A stretch of DNA of 63,777 nucleotides, the filler included, from Dimorphilus gyrociliatus (lineage: Eukaryota > Animalia > Annelida), in the NCBI GenBank assembly GCA_904063045.1. It is 4 parts of 4 records of this genome, joined end to end, with 100 filler letters (N's around TTAATTAATTAA, not from the genome) between each part and the next. Parts side by side here need not be neighbours in the genome. Positions count along the whole stretch, not along the records: positions 1 to 23,493 come from CAJFCJ010000172.1; 3 more parts are not named here. One strand, 5' to 3'. A model generated the notes under the pieces. The model was not told where the DNA came from. It made no database searches and worked only from the letters and a program-made list of their open reading frames with translations. Below, piece by piece: positions 1 through 12,721 of the stretch (positions are counted from its first letter, which is position 1; each line of letters starts with the position of its first letter). A program made the position numbers and the translations under genes.

Positions 1-715
1 GATCTTTATAGTTCTGCTTATGATTGACAGTATAATGTTTGTAATTTTCTTTGGTGTTACTGTATCCTTTCCAAAGATCAGTATTTACAACAGATCCTGA
101 TTTGACATATGGATCAAATATTGTGTTCATAGTGATACTGTCCCTTTTAACTACTGGAACTAGTATGATTTTTCTTTGCTCCGTTTTTCTACTAAACCAA
201 CCACCCATACACCTTCTACAGTCCTACCTACATTGTACTTAGTTCTCCCAAATTTAGATTCGTCAGCTTCAATTACAACACCTTCACCTCCAATCTTCCC
301 AAATGCTTTTAGATAAAATTTTTCCATTTTAGGTAGAAATAACTTAATAAATTTATGTATGGTTTTTTTATTTGAACCTGATATCTCTATGATTTGATCT
401 ATGTTATAATTACGCAACCATAACCATATTACTTTAAAAAACAGCAGGTAATTTGTTCTATAAAAAATAGTATTTTTAAATACACCATTTTCCTTCCTAC
501 ATGAACGTGTTTTACACTTATATGTAAAGTTAAGGTTGTTTTTTAGTGTAATAGATACACTACCATTACATAATTCACAATATCTTGGGGAATTTTGGGA
601 CAATAAACTCTTTAATAAGGTTTTTAATGTTTCATTATTCAAAAAATTATTCATTTTACAAGGGTTAAATTTTTTTTTTTGACACACACCAATGGGTAGA
701 ACAGATTGGTACTCC
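1..715 (-). mobile_element. Merlin (IS1595/ISXO2-like) DDE transposase, frameshifted, running off the window edge
   Basis: ORF 160-687 has a CxxC...C...C zinc-finger N-terminus and GKIGGEGVVIEADESKFGRTKYNVGR..WVVGLVEK. Two -1 shifts restore IILVPVVKRD...VNTDLWKGY and YKHYTVNHKQNYKD. Likely ATG at 654, preceded by a CCC motif. The right boundary at about 715 (GG start) is tentative. Confidence 0.8.
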
Positions 716-1094
716 AGCCATAAATTATATTTAAAAAATATACTTTATTATTATTATTATTATTAATAAATCTTATCAATATTTAAATTATAGTTAATTA
801 TTTTTATTTTTTTTTATTTGTCATTTTTTGAAAATAAATTTACTTTTTATTTTTTTATTAAAAATAATAAAATTTCTACTTTTAATAATTCTAGTAACTT
901 TATTATTTTTATTAGAAAAATAAATTACTTTATGATCTTTTAAGAGAAATATTCCTTATACGTCACATTGTTTCATTCGATGATATTAATTTTTTAAAAA
1001 CTATTTTTTAAACTTTTTAAACTTAATTGGATGTCTCTTCAATCTAAGTTGATAAGAACATCCAAGAGAGTATATATATAATTTAGATATTCAA

Positions 1095-1102
1095 CCCTTA
1101 TG
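1095..1102 (+). promoter_or_regulatory. Microsporidian-type CCC motif just upstream of the ATG (representative site)
   Basis: CCCTT-ATG at 1100. Similar CCC-(short spacer)-ATG contexts occur at 654(-), 11796(-), 13951(-), 20477(-), 21264(+) and 22997(+). A CCC-like motif near the start codon is a known microsporidian transcription signal. Confidence 0.65.
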
Positions 1103-3849
1103 TTTAGTTTTAGAAATATTTACAAAACAATTTCAAATTGGATGACAATAAGAACCTCATCTTTTAAGAATAATTATAATAAAAATGAATCTGATTGTAA
1201 TAGAGAGAACAATTATAATAGAAATGTATCTGATTGTAAAAATGTAATTAAGGCAAGAAGACTTGTAAAGAGTAGAATTCAAAAATCAAACAGATGGAAA
1301 ACTGAGTATAAAAAATTCCTATTATCGGAAAATGCTCCACAAGAGGAAATAATACAGTTTTATAAAAGAATGAGAATAAAAAGACATTTTTCTGATGAAG
1401 AATATCCGTTATTCATAAAAAAAGAAAACAAACACTTTAAAAAATATTATAAAAATTACAAATCAAACTGTAAAAAAGTAAATAAAAAATAGAAGTAGAA
1501 AACACATATTGTAATAAATGTATAGATTACGAGACGTTAGTTGATAATTTAAACAGAGAAAGAGCTAATTTTACACAAATATTTGATAGATTAAATAGTA
1601 GTTTTAAAGAGAGTAGGAGAACTCAAAGTCCGTTGTATAAAGAAATACACAATAAATTAGAAAGGTTTTTAGAATTCTTAAAATCTAAATTAGATAGTAA
1701 TACAGAGGATGCAAACTCTATAGATGAAAATGCGTTAAAAATACAGAAACAGGACGCAATTTTAAAACACTTTAATGGTGAGGGAATGTCGTTTTATAAA
1801 CGCCAGTCTTTTATTGATTCTAGGCCGGAAAATCAACCTAAAAAAAATTTATTTAACTCTGAAAATCTTGATATTAGGAGAAATAGAGTTGATATAACCA
1901 AGTTTGATGAAAAAGAAGTTAATACAGTTGTACCACTGGAAATAAATAAGAAAGAATTCTCTATAGATGAAAAATTTAACAATGATAAGAAAGGGGAAAT
2001 TAAATTACCTGAAAAAGAATTAAGTTCAAATTCAATTGATAAGTCAACCCATAAGTTGAATAATGCTAAGAGATTGAAAAGAGAGGACAACAATAACATT
2101 ATAAATAAACATAAAGATACTTCAAAAGTTGAAAAAAGCAAAATCAGAAAAAACAGCGATGATAAAATTAATCCTACAAATGAAGTAAATTTTGAAAACA
2201 GAAGTGGTTTAATTAACAATGATGAGCGTTCCAAAGAAACAGAAGTTATTAAAGTAGACCTAGTAGATAAAAAATTACCCGATGCTATAAACACAGCAAC
2301 TAACAGCGTTGATAGTAAAATTACTGAAAATCCCGAGGAAATAAATACAACAGTTACAAATACAACAACTACAGATAATACAACAGTTACAGATACAACA
2401 ACTACAACTACAGAGAATACAAATACAACAACTACAGAGAATACAAATACAACTACTACAGATAATAAAAATACAGATAATACAACAGTTACAGATACAA
2501 CAACTACAACTACAGAGAATACAAATACAGATAATACAAATACAACATCTAAACCTCCTTTAAAAGTTTATCCTGGTACATTTAAATGGGAAGAAATACC
2601 ACCAGAATTAATTCCTGAAGGTTATGAAGATGGTAGTGAATTAGTTATAAACGATGAAGATTCAGAAGACAGACGACGGAAGAAAGCACCGGTTAAATCG
2701 AGATATCCAACGTATAAAGATATCCCAAAAAGAGTTAAAAGAATAAGACCTACTAGAAGTGCACCTGATTTTGAAAATTTAGGACCAGACCCAAATTGCT
2801 ATATTGAATGGGCCAAAAAAGTAGCAAAAATACAGGCATTAGCAGTTGAGAAGTATAAAAAAATAGATCCATTGCTTGAAGGAGTACCAAGACCACCTAC
2901 AACAACAACAATACTTACAATGGATCCCAAAACAGGACATCTAATTTTTTCTGATAAAAATAGTGGTGATGAACCCCCATTTGAGTTAATACACGACCCT
3001 TACCCTGAATGTTACACCTCTACAAGAAAACTTAAAAGAGAAATGGAAGAAAAAGAAAGACAAAAAAAAGCTTTAGAGGAAAAAAACAAAGAAAAAGAGA
3101 ATACTAAAGAAGATAAAGAAGACATCAAAAAAGAGAGTACTACTAAAGAAGATAATCAAAAAGAAGAAGAAACTAAAGAAGATAAAGAAGACATCAAAAA
3201 AGAGAGTACTAAAGAGGACATCAAAGAAGAAGAAACTAAAAAGGAGAGTATTAAAGAAGATAATAAAAAAGATAATACTAAAGAAGAGAATACTAAAGTA
3301 AATACTAATGAAGATAATAAAAAAGAGAATACTAAAGAAGATAATAAAAAAGAAGACACTAAAGAGGACATCAAAGAAGAAGACACTAAAAAGGAGAGTA
3401 TTAAAGAAGATAATAAAAAAGAGAATACTAAAGAAGATAATAAAAAAGAAGACACTAAAGAGGACATCAAAGAAGAAGACACTAAAAAGGAGAGTATTAA
3501 AGAAGATAATAAAAAAGAGAATACTAAAGAAGAGAGTATTAAAGAAGATAAAAAGAATATCAAAGAAGAAAAAGTTCAAAATAATATTTTTATAAAGACA
3601 AGTTTTACTAGAGAAGATAGAGATAACTCTTATAAAGAGAATACGCATGTTAATAGACCTGTTGATAGTACAACTAAAAAACAAAAGAAGACATTAACAG
3701 CTAGTGAAAGAGCTGAAAGAATAGAGCGTCGACGTAAATTAGGCTTATTAGAAGATTCAGATTCTGTACTAACTGAAGAAAAAGTTAATGAAATAATAAG
3801 AATATGCAATTTAAAAGCACCTGTTTCTGATGAAGAAGACAATTCTTAA
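1100..3849 (+). CDS. Low-complexity hypothetical protein with Thr-rich and Lys/Glu/Asp-rich repeats; probably one gene of about 916 aa split by a frameshift
   Basis: The frame of ORF 1633-3849 is open back to 1486. One extra A in the A6 run at 1484-1489 joins it to ORF 1100-1492, which has the ATG and CCC motif. No recognisable domain. Confidence 0.6.
2341..2550 (+). repeat. Coding Thr/Asn-rich tandem repeat (TTTTENTN-type)
   Basis: Recurrent aatacaacagttacagatacaacaactacaactacagagaatacaaatac units. Confidence 0.85.
3090..3560 (+). repeat. Coding KED-rich repeat including a 96-bp (32-aa) duplication
   Basis: KKENTKEDNKKEDTKEDIKEEDTKKESIKEDN occurs twice in tandem, with shorter related units around it. 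Confidence 0.85.
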
Positions 3850-4793
3850 ATTTTAAGTTTAAATAAACTAATTTTCATATAATTTGTTTTTTTTTTTTTT
3901 TTTTATACTTTTTAATTTTTTTATAAATACAAATTCTTAATTTTTTATAAAATTTGTATTTTTTTAATTTTTTTTTGAAATTTTTTGAATTTTCTAGAAA
4001 AAAAGTTAATATAAAAATAAAAAAAAAAGTTATCCCTTACTTTCTCTTGTTTGGTAGTAATTTATTGAAACTGCTCGTTCCCAGAGAAATATAAAAAGAA
4101 AGGTAGGGTGATTTATATATTTTTATGTATAATTCAAATACTTTTCATCTATTTAAAATATTTTTTATTATTGTTTCTTTAATTCTATTTTTTGATCAAA
4201 TTTCTATTTAAAATGTAAATTTATTTTATAATAGTAATTTATATTTCCTAAGTTATACTAAATTCCTAAAAACGTAAAATATATTTCTATAAATATTCTG
4301 GATTGATTTAGATTTATATAATTAAATAAGTATAAAATTTAATTTAAGTGTTTTTTTTATTTATAATTAGGTTTTCGAATTAAATAGAAAATACCTAAAC
4401 TAAATTTTTTACTTATTTAATTAAATAAAATACACTCTTTATTTAATAATATAGAATTGTATTCAATAAAAAAATGACTTAATTTATAACATTTTGTTTA
4501 TTAAAGTAATTATTTTTATGATTTACTTAATTTGGCTTTGTAAACTAAAAAAAGAAATTTTATATTTTTAAAAAGGAAATATAAAATTGTACTACTTATT
4601 TAATGAAGTAAATCATCAATTAATGAAAAAAAGCGTTATTTAAATATCAAGCTTAAATAGAAGATCAATATTTTTTAATATAAACTACCTTATAAAAATA
4701 ATTACAAATGGCCTTTTAAAGTTATGTTTACTAATAAAGATAGCCAAATTTACATTATAAATAGAATTGATAGTAATTTTACATTTAAGAGGC

Positions 4794-6694
4794 TCAAGAA
4801 GTTCCACGAACAGTTTTAGTTGTTGTTCTTCTATAAATAGTCGTTGTCGATGGGTTAGTAGAGAGTGGTTTTTGTTGGTCAAAAGTTACGGTTGAAGGCA
4901 TACAACAGCATTGTTGATTAGATTGAGGAGGCTGTGCTATTTGAGGTGTATATTGAGACTGTACACAATAACACTGTTTGGGTGGAGGTGGTACGTTAAT
5001 ATGTGTAGTTTGTTGGTAGGGAGTTTCACAAGAGCAAGGCTTATCTTCACATGTAAGTACACCACATCCTAATTCTGTTACCTTACTTGTTACATTATCT
5101 GGTCTTGGACAAAATAATGGGCCACTGGTGTTCTTTTCACAGTTTTGTGCACTTTCTATAAGAAATGATTTTTTATTTGATTTAAAAAATGTTCTATTTA
5201 GAGATAAAATACCACTTTTGAGTAATTTAAAAATATAAAATATATCGAACGGCTTTTCTCGTGTAGAAATTAAACTGCTTTTAATTGAACTTGTATTTGA
5301 ATAATTATCATTATTTTTGCGTTTCTTATTTCCTTCATTTAAATGGGCTGAAAACAGACTTCCTTGACTAAATGGTTTCATAGGTTTTTTATATAATTTA
5401 TTTTTTTTGAGAGTAGTAGGTTTTCTATGAAAGTCGTTAAAGCTACCTTTATTTTTCCGCTTTTCTATTAAATTTTGTGGTCCTTTCCCTTTTTTCGTCC
5501 TTTTAAAATCAGGAGATTTCCTTTTTCGTTTTTTTGAAATTTTTTTCCCTTTTTTCGTCCTTTTAAAATCGGGAGATTTCCTTTTTCCTTTTTTTGAAGT
5601 TTTTTTCTCTTTTTTAGAAGTTTTATCGTTTTCATCAAATGAAGAATCATCACTGGAGGAAGATGATGAGCTATTTTCTTTTGTTTTTTGTTCTTGTAGT
5701 GCTTTCTTCCTTCCTTTATTTTCACTATCCCTTGCTAGTTTTATAGAAGCTTTTAAACTTTGTTCAATATCATCAATGTATTCTTTTTCTACTTTCCTAT
5801 CTAATTTTGCCATTTTTTTTTGCTCCTTATTTGTTTCTTCGGCTCTCTTTTCATAGTAATTTTTATGTCTCACAGTATACGTTCTCGATAATTTATTAGC
5901 CATCATTAAAGTTGGGTCAATATTCAACTCCGTACCATCTTCCACTTCTAATACTGTTCCTTTTTCGCCTCCAAAAGATTCTTTCTCATCTTTAGTAGGA
6001 GTTTCTGTCAATAAACTTCCCTTATCAAGCTTTTCCCCTAAAAGAAGACTTATAAATGGGAAAATACTACTTACAGCTTTTTTGCAAGACTTATAAATAT
6101 ACTAGCTGGAGTAATACCAGGATTTAATCTTGTTTCATTTACTCTACTAACTAGGCTAGATGCTAACTTTTTATTTGAACCAATGCCTAATGAACTTTCA
6201 ACGTTCTTATCAAAATAAGGAAGAGCCCTACTTGCATCTTTATCGTTCATATGTCTTCTTGCATTGCCTTCTTTTTCAGCCTCTGGCAATTCCCAAATCT
6301 GTTTTTTATCCTTTCTATCACATATATCCATAAACAAAAAGTATCCTTTAGAATAGTCCATGTTTTTATGATTTATCTGTATAGATAGACATTCATCATT
6401 ATCTGTTTTGAGCATTTTTACACCATTGTAATCTTCAGCTATCCATAAAGCTGGTTTTGTACAAGTGGTAATATAACTTGAGCTCGTGTCTTCACATATA
6501 TATTTATCATTTAATTTTAAATATAGCCCACCATCTGCATTTATTACTGCTAGACTATTATTCATTTCTGAACTATCCACATCCGGAATTAGCATAGGAC
6601 GATCTCTTACCAAGGATACACTGTAGTCGTCAATAAATAGGTTTTTCAAATGACCCATGTTGTATATATTTGAAAGAAAACAAAATATTATCAT
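4794..6694 (-). CDS. Secreted ricin-B-like lectin RBL-A with Lys-rich and Cys/Gln/Pro-rich tail; about 633 aa if one frameshift is corrected
   Basis: Hydrophobic N-terminus, then KYIC...TC...LW...ECLS...GY..MDIC...KQIW (beta-trefoil QxW pattern). The frame of ORF 4794-6011 is open back to 6101, and one extra A at 6078-6083 gives LAKKAVSSIFPFISLLLGEKL. The tail has a 60-bp duplication (KRKSPDFKRTKKGK) and CSC/CYC/CCC clusters. Confidence 0.65.
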
Positions 6695-7205
6695 GTATAG
6701 AAAATGTTGTTTTCTTTTATTATATTCTTTGTTTCATATATCAGGTTATGACTTATTATCTATTAGACCTAAAAATGTGACTTTTAAAACTATAGACAAG
6801 CCGATTAACCCAACCAGATAACGTAGAATATATACCTTATTTCTATTTAAGGTCTATAAAAAAAGGAATTCTTCTTTCATAAAAAGCTTTAAAATCCGAA
6901 ATTTATTATATTCGTAATGTTAATAAAATGATATTTTATTTAAAATGGAATAATACATGTATTAATTTATCATATTCTTTTATTTCGAGGTGGATTTTTT
7001 TTAAAAAAACAGTAAAAATCATCCAACATTTAAATTTAAATGTGATTAACCTTAGTATTCAATTTGATTAGAAACTTCACATGACACTAAAGTAAGAAAT
7101 TAGACAACTCTTGAATAAATAGTTTACTATAAAGACGAAACAACACTTTTATCAAAAATTGAAACACTGTTATAGAAAACTTCATACAGTGATTGAAATC
7201 ATACT

Positions 7206-7675
7206 ATAAAGACATCATTATATATAATAATATGTGTTATTTTTTTAAATGTTTCTTTTTCTGTTTATTTTATTGAGCCTAGAAAAGATGGTGATTTTTT
7301 TATTGCACAGAATAACAATAAAATAGAACTAGAGATTGGATCTTATCCACCTGTTTCTAGACGATTTTACGTGGATTTTATTAAAACCCCATTTGGATAT
7401 TTAATATCGGTTAACGGGCGCTATCTTTGCGCTAATTATGTAAATAAATTTATCAAAGTATGCGAAAATGGAGAGGACAATTACTATTGGGATGTTTCTA
7501 CAACTATAAAAAGTACACGTATTAAGAAAGAGGATTATGTTTGGGTGTTGGCGAATCTGTGAACAAAAATGATGCTTTTAATAGAAATAGAAGCTTAGTC
7601 TTAGTGAAATGTAAAAATCTCAGAGCTAAATGGATTATTCACGATGATCAATTAAAAGTAGCCAAGTTCAATTAG
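7206..7675 (+). pseudogene. Ricin-B-like lectin RBL-B (lectin domain only), no in-frame ATG and one frameshift
   Basis: Frame open from 7197: (ATA)KTSLYIIICVIFLNVSFS signal-like stretch, then GRYLC...KVC...YYW. A -1 shift near 7527 restores KRGLCLGVG...LVKC...AKW and a stop at 7675. Confidence 0.65.
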
Positions 7676-7834
7676 AAGACAGTTTAAAAGTTATTTACAG
7701 CCTATTTTCCGTTATTTAATTCATAATAAAGCATGGGGAAATCATAAGATTATGAAATTTGTTTTAAAATTTTAGATGACATTTGAGTTTAAGTGCATCA
7801 TAATAAAGATTTATTCTGTTATAATCTTAAACAC

Positions 7835-8920
7835 ATGCGTACATATTTCTATATTTTGTTTTATATCTATAGTCTTATTAAGGCCTCTGGATACTTAGAG
7901 AATCTGAAAAAGAATGGTTTTTATTTAAAAAACTCTAAAAATAAAATTAGATTACGAAGTTCTAATAACCCAAGAGGACATAGAAATACATCAGTGAAGA
8001 TGATAGAATCCGCAAATGGAACTATGATTCAAGTAGGAAACGAATTTATATGTACTGGTCCAAGGACAGATAAGGTATACGTTTGTAAGGATAAAAAGGA
8101 TAATTGGTTTTGGAAGATAGTCGAGAATAACAGCCATATGGTAGTTAAGAGTAAAGGATATTGTTTGACATTTGGATGAAAGGTTAATACTAGTATCTCT
8201 AAATGGGGGTATTATCTTAGCTTAGAAGAGTGTCGGAATAGTTCAAAACAACAATGGAAACCTCATGGTAAAATTCTGAGACCTTTTATGGGAGAAAACG
8301 CGCTGTTAGAAGATAGCTGTAATGTTAAGAAGAACAAAGAATTGTCAAAAAAGCTGACAAAAAATTTATCTAAGATAATAAAAAAGACTTCCTTGTTAAA
8401 CTCAAAGGCCAGTAAGTTATTCAGTGTAAAAAATGATTGTTATAATAAAAAATTAATTGATAGGATGGAGTCATCAACACATTCTTCGTCTTGGTCTTCC
8501 GAATCTACGACCAAAGTAAAACGATATAAGAAAAGAATGCTTAAAAAGAAAATAAACACGGCCATAGCTAAACAAGCATGTGATATTAAACGAATATGTG
8601 AAATTAATCAGCCTTGTTGTTGTAAACCTAAAAATCATAAGATATTAAAAAAAACTACGAAGCGTATTAGTTTAGACAGACAATGTGAAAATAGCTGTGG
8701 ATGTAAAAAACCAAAGGTATTTATAAAAAAAGAGAAGAAAAATAAGAATAATAAAAACAAGAAAAAGAAAAATAAAAACAAGAAAAAGAAAAATAAGAAA
8801 AAGAAAAACAAAAACAAAAAGAGAAGAAGGAATAAAAGGAATAAAAACGTTAAATTATCTTATAAACATAAAATTTTGAGGGAGATGAATCATATTAGGT
8901 ATCTAAATTTTCATAATTAA
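7835..8920 (+). CDS. Secreted ricin-B-like lectin RBL-C with Ser/Cys/Lys-Asn-rich tail, interrupted by one in-frame TGA
   Basis: MRTYFYILFYIYSLIKAS signal. EFIC...VYVC...WFW...GYCLTFG*KVN...GYYLSLEEC...KQQW. ORFs 7793-8179 and 8288-8920 are in the same frame with only TGA 8177-8179 between them. Confidence 0.7.
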
Positions 8921-9559
8921 ATGAGTAATTTTATATTTCTACTTTTAAGGTATAAATAGTAAACTATATATTTTTCAAAATAAATGCAATTTTAAACATA
9001 AAACTAACCATAAACTTTAAAATTTGTTAGTAATAAAAGAATTACACGATTTTATTGTGTTTATTTAATCTAAGTCTTTATTAAAAAATTTTTTATAAAA
9101 TACAAGAAATAGCTAATTAGTTCAAGTTACAACCTAAATTTACACACAAAATATAATCAAATCATTTAATATATTTTCAAATTATATTATTATTTAATGA
9201 ACATCGCCTAAAATAAAGTATTAAAAGAAGATCTATCGAATAAAAAGTCAGAAAAAAGTGTGCATTTCAAAATAACTGAAATTATCATTTAAACAAGTAA
9301 AAATTTAATTAGTTTGTTAGTCACTCATATAAGCCAGATAAAATGTATTTTATAATAAAACTAGACTGTATAATATAGAAGATCCAGATCAAATTGTGAT
9401 TTTTCAAGGGATTTTAAAATATTGCAAAAATTAATTTTATTTGCTATTTTTTAATTTTTTATGAGTATAAAGAAAGATAAATACGATATTATTATAAAAG
9501 AGGCGGTCAAAGAATCAAAAAACATTTATTTTAATATTTCTTCTCCTGCTCTGCATCGT

Positions 9560-10175
9560 AGGAAGTAGCTTAACGTATTTCTATCCACCCATTGTAGTCT
9601 GAATTTATAATCATTGGGAGTCTTGTTCTATATAAATAGTTAAAGAGCTTGTATCATTAGGTTCTGACCTTTTGTATAATTTTTTCACTTGAGAAATCAT
9701 TCTCAATAATGTTTAAAAAAGGGGAGTAAGGTGGTAAATAAAAATTCCGAGTTATCTCTCTGTAATAGTCTTCTATAAAGATGTATAATGAAGAATTTTG
9801 CATTATACATTGTAAATACTTGGTTATTTACACTAGAGCCCTACAAATATCGACTAATCTAATCATGAACCTGCAAAATTCTTCTCCATAAATAGCACCT
9901 CTTTTTAGTTCATAAATAAGGGGGGTCTGGTGTTATTGCGGAAATAACACAGTGGTTGATGCTTCTTACATACTTTATTTCACTTTATGTAGAAGTTCTT
10001 ACTCCAAATCTTCCTATTTCTAGTCTTCTATATAAAGAACTCCAACTTTATTGTTGGAATATAAATGAATAAAATGTGTGTAATGCTAAGAAGTTGGTAA
10101 ATTCTTTTCATACATTTACCCTAAATTAGCAGTTCTTTCTATGTTTCTTGGAGCTAGAACTACACAAAAAGTTAG
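9560..10175 (-). mobile_element. Degenerate IS630/Tc1-mariner-like transposase remnant
   Basis: Fragments read VISAITPD, LIYELKRGAIYGEEFCRFM, VFTMYNAK (MDNA-like) and YLPPYSPFLNIIENDF (about 9695-9742), with many stops and shifts. Confidence 0.7.
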
Positions 10176-10196
10176 AATCAACTAAAAAAAGCCTAG

Positions 10197-12291
10197 AAAC
10201 TTTTTTTAATTAAAATGACTTTAAATAACTCAATTTGATAATAATAATAACAACTTTTGAAAAATATCTTCTGTTGAGTTTTGTTTCCACATAAACTCAT
10301 TTAAATAAGATTATAGGTGAGTTTTATGAACACCTTTCATTTATTTAAATTTTCTTTTTATTGAGCTCCAGCATGACTCAATATTCTGTGCATGTACTCC
10401 TGATTCAGGATCTACAACCACCAAAGTGTGGTTAACAGTGTTATGTACATAACTTCCTTCACTTATTCTCTGATAGTGCCCGTTCATCAGAAATATTATT
10501 GTGTTAGGTAAACACACATTGTTGATTATTAGTAAAAGGGTATTGGCTCTTCTATTAGGCACGACCTTTTAAAAACATCTAGCAGGAACGTAGTTTATAT
10601 CTGCAATTCCAAATCCCCATACTTGAACTTCGGAAGCTCTTTTACGATGATATTTTGGTTTGTGGCAAAATAAGCTCTCATCTACTTGACCAATTACATT
10701 TGTTCGCCCAAATCTAACAGGATTTAGGGTTCATGTAAAGAATAGTGGGTTTTTGAAAATTTTTAATTTTTTTAAATTTTATAAAAAATAAATAAATTGT
10801 TTTTATTAACTTGTTTCAATTAAATCATTGTCATAATCACTACTTGAGAATAGAATAAATATCTCATTTAATCTCTTGAACTTATCAAACTTTTTAAACC
10901 ATATTGCCTGCAATAAATAAAAGAATTGCAGGTCTTTGCAATTAGTTTGCCTTCTTATATGTCTTTTAGTCACACTCCATAGGCATTCTATATTTTGGGT
11001 GTGGACTTCAGGATCTTTTGGACTAACAAAATATCTATCGTGATTAATACTATCATGGTCGTATTCATCACTTAACTGGATAGGGCACTACTATATGCTC
11101 TCCATTTGTCCGTTATTACTTTTGTGCCAGGAAGAACATTTGTAATATTATATTTTTAATTGTCTGACTTCTTCTATCTGGGACTTCTACTACAAAAATA
11201 TTGGTCGTACCACGCTCTATACCACCTACATACCACCTCTGCTCCAGTAGCCTACCTCTATTATACTTTCTTTTAAAAAAGAGACTTTCATCCATCTCGA
11301 CAAATTTACTTTCTCCATTTTCATTAATTCCCCCAATAGGTTCAGTAGTTTGTTCCATGTGGTATGCTATCGCTTCTAGAATTATTTTCTCCCACTTGGT
11401 TATAGAAGGTCTAGAGATATTTGAGTCGAAAGCTATCACAGACTTTTGAACTCCAAAAATTAGCTTTCTAATAATTTTAAGTATAATTTTGAATGGTAAT
11501 TTACAATTAAAGAAAAAACTTCCATATCTAACAGACTGCTTTGTTTTGCATAGTCTACAAACAAACCTAAATCCATCAATTAATTTATTTTCTTTGTGTA
11601 AAAACATTGAAACTCTACACCCAGGGCACTTTTGCTTGTTGTTTATTAATCTATATCTTGCCATAAAGTCAAGTAATTCTTTTTTATCGTTTAAGTTTTC
11701 GAAATAATCACCTCGTAATTTTGAAGATCTGATTTCAGAAAAGGTAAAAATTTCTGGTTCAGGTAATATATAATTTGAATTTTTTATGAAAACCATTTTA
11801 TTTAAAGAGGGGTGCTTTAAATTTTCAAAAACCCACTATTCTTTACATAAACCGGATTTAGAGTTAAGAACTTTATAATTTCATTTCTTATTAATTTATA
11901 TTTATTATTAAAGTGGGTCGTCATATACTTAAATAAGGTAATAAACTCTCTATTAAATTTCCTTGAGACCATCTAAATAAAACTTTAGCCAAATTTTTTA
12001 GTGTGACTTTTGAAACAAAAAGGAATGAATTTGTTTTTATTGATACTCTTTTTTGGTATAAACTACATTGTCTACTGTAACATCTATAGACATATCCATC
12101 TATATTAGCAGTAGATTTTTCGTTAAAAGTTCATTAGAACATGATATACAATTTAAGCTGGATTAAGAATTCTATTTTGCTTAAAGACCCCTATTTTTTC
12201 TTCATTGGTGCCGTTTAGTAAATACCTAATAGCGTCTTCATATAATGTAGCCATGGGTTGTATAATATTTTACACAACTAAAAAAAAAGCC
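10197..12291 (-). mobile_element. Degenerate Merlin element (host of a nested insertion)
   Basis: N-terminal part at about 12170-11862 (CISC...IDGYVYRCYSRQC...FRWSQG...KFLTLNP) continues across the nested element into VRFGRTNVIGQVDESLF...VWGFG...TVNH...DPESGVHAQNIESCWSSIKRKFK (10727-10341). Element ends are uncertain. Confidence 0.75.
10728..11853 (-). mobile_element. Merlin element, complete ends, frameshifted transposase
   Basis: TIRs of about 33 bp, GGTT(C/T)ATGTAAAGAATAGTGGGTTTTTGAAAAT. 8-bp TSD GGATTTAG at 10720-10727 and 11854-11861. Transposase from 11796 with VEMDESLF, WYVGGIERG, (shift) ITDKWRAY, (shift) INH...HTQNIECLW. Confidence 0.92.
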
Positions 12292-12304
12292 TATAGGCTT
12301 TTTT

Positions 12305-12720
12305 TTAGTTGATCCAAGAGTTATTATAGAATAATATAATTTTTAAGTATTCAATAGATAGTACCATGAAATGCTTTAATATTAACTTTTTAGTGTTGTA
12401 ACTCTCATAGTTTTTAGTGTCAGAATTGCATTGTCTTTTAATAGGAGCTCCAAATCTCCCTGTTTTCACTGAAAAACAGGCTTCTTCCATGATATTCCCT
12501 ATATTTTGCGTTCATTCTTCAATTTATTTACACTTTTGTAAAATATTGTGTACACTCGACTTCGGTGAATCGAGAATAACAGAGATTTCATTTATTTTTC
12601 TCTGTTGGTATGTAAATAAATGAATTGTTATCTCCTTGTTTTCAAGTGTAATTATTTTATGTTTTTTGTTTATGGGTATTTTTAAGAAGATCTCAAGGCG
12701 AGCGGGAACCCCTATAATAT
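12305..12720 (-). pseudogene. Possible transposase N-terminal HTH remnant
   Basis: KINEISVILDSPKSSVHNILQK resembles a Tc1/IS630 HTH. It could be the 5' half of the 9560-10175 remnant. Confidence 0.35.
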
Positions 12721-12721
12721 A

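Noticed and set aside
1833-3842. Antisense and alternative-frame hydrophobic ORFs (1833-2294, 3073-3684, 3156-3563, 3308-3595, 3630-3842)
   Set aside because: Expected by-products of A-rich, low-complexity coding sequence on the other strand or frame.
8177-8179. Alternative genetic code (TGA = Trp or Sec)
   Set aside because: Trp is encoded by TGG in ORMDL, RPL27A and the intact transposase on the same contig, and the aligned residue in the paralogue is Ala.
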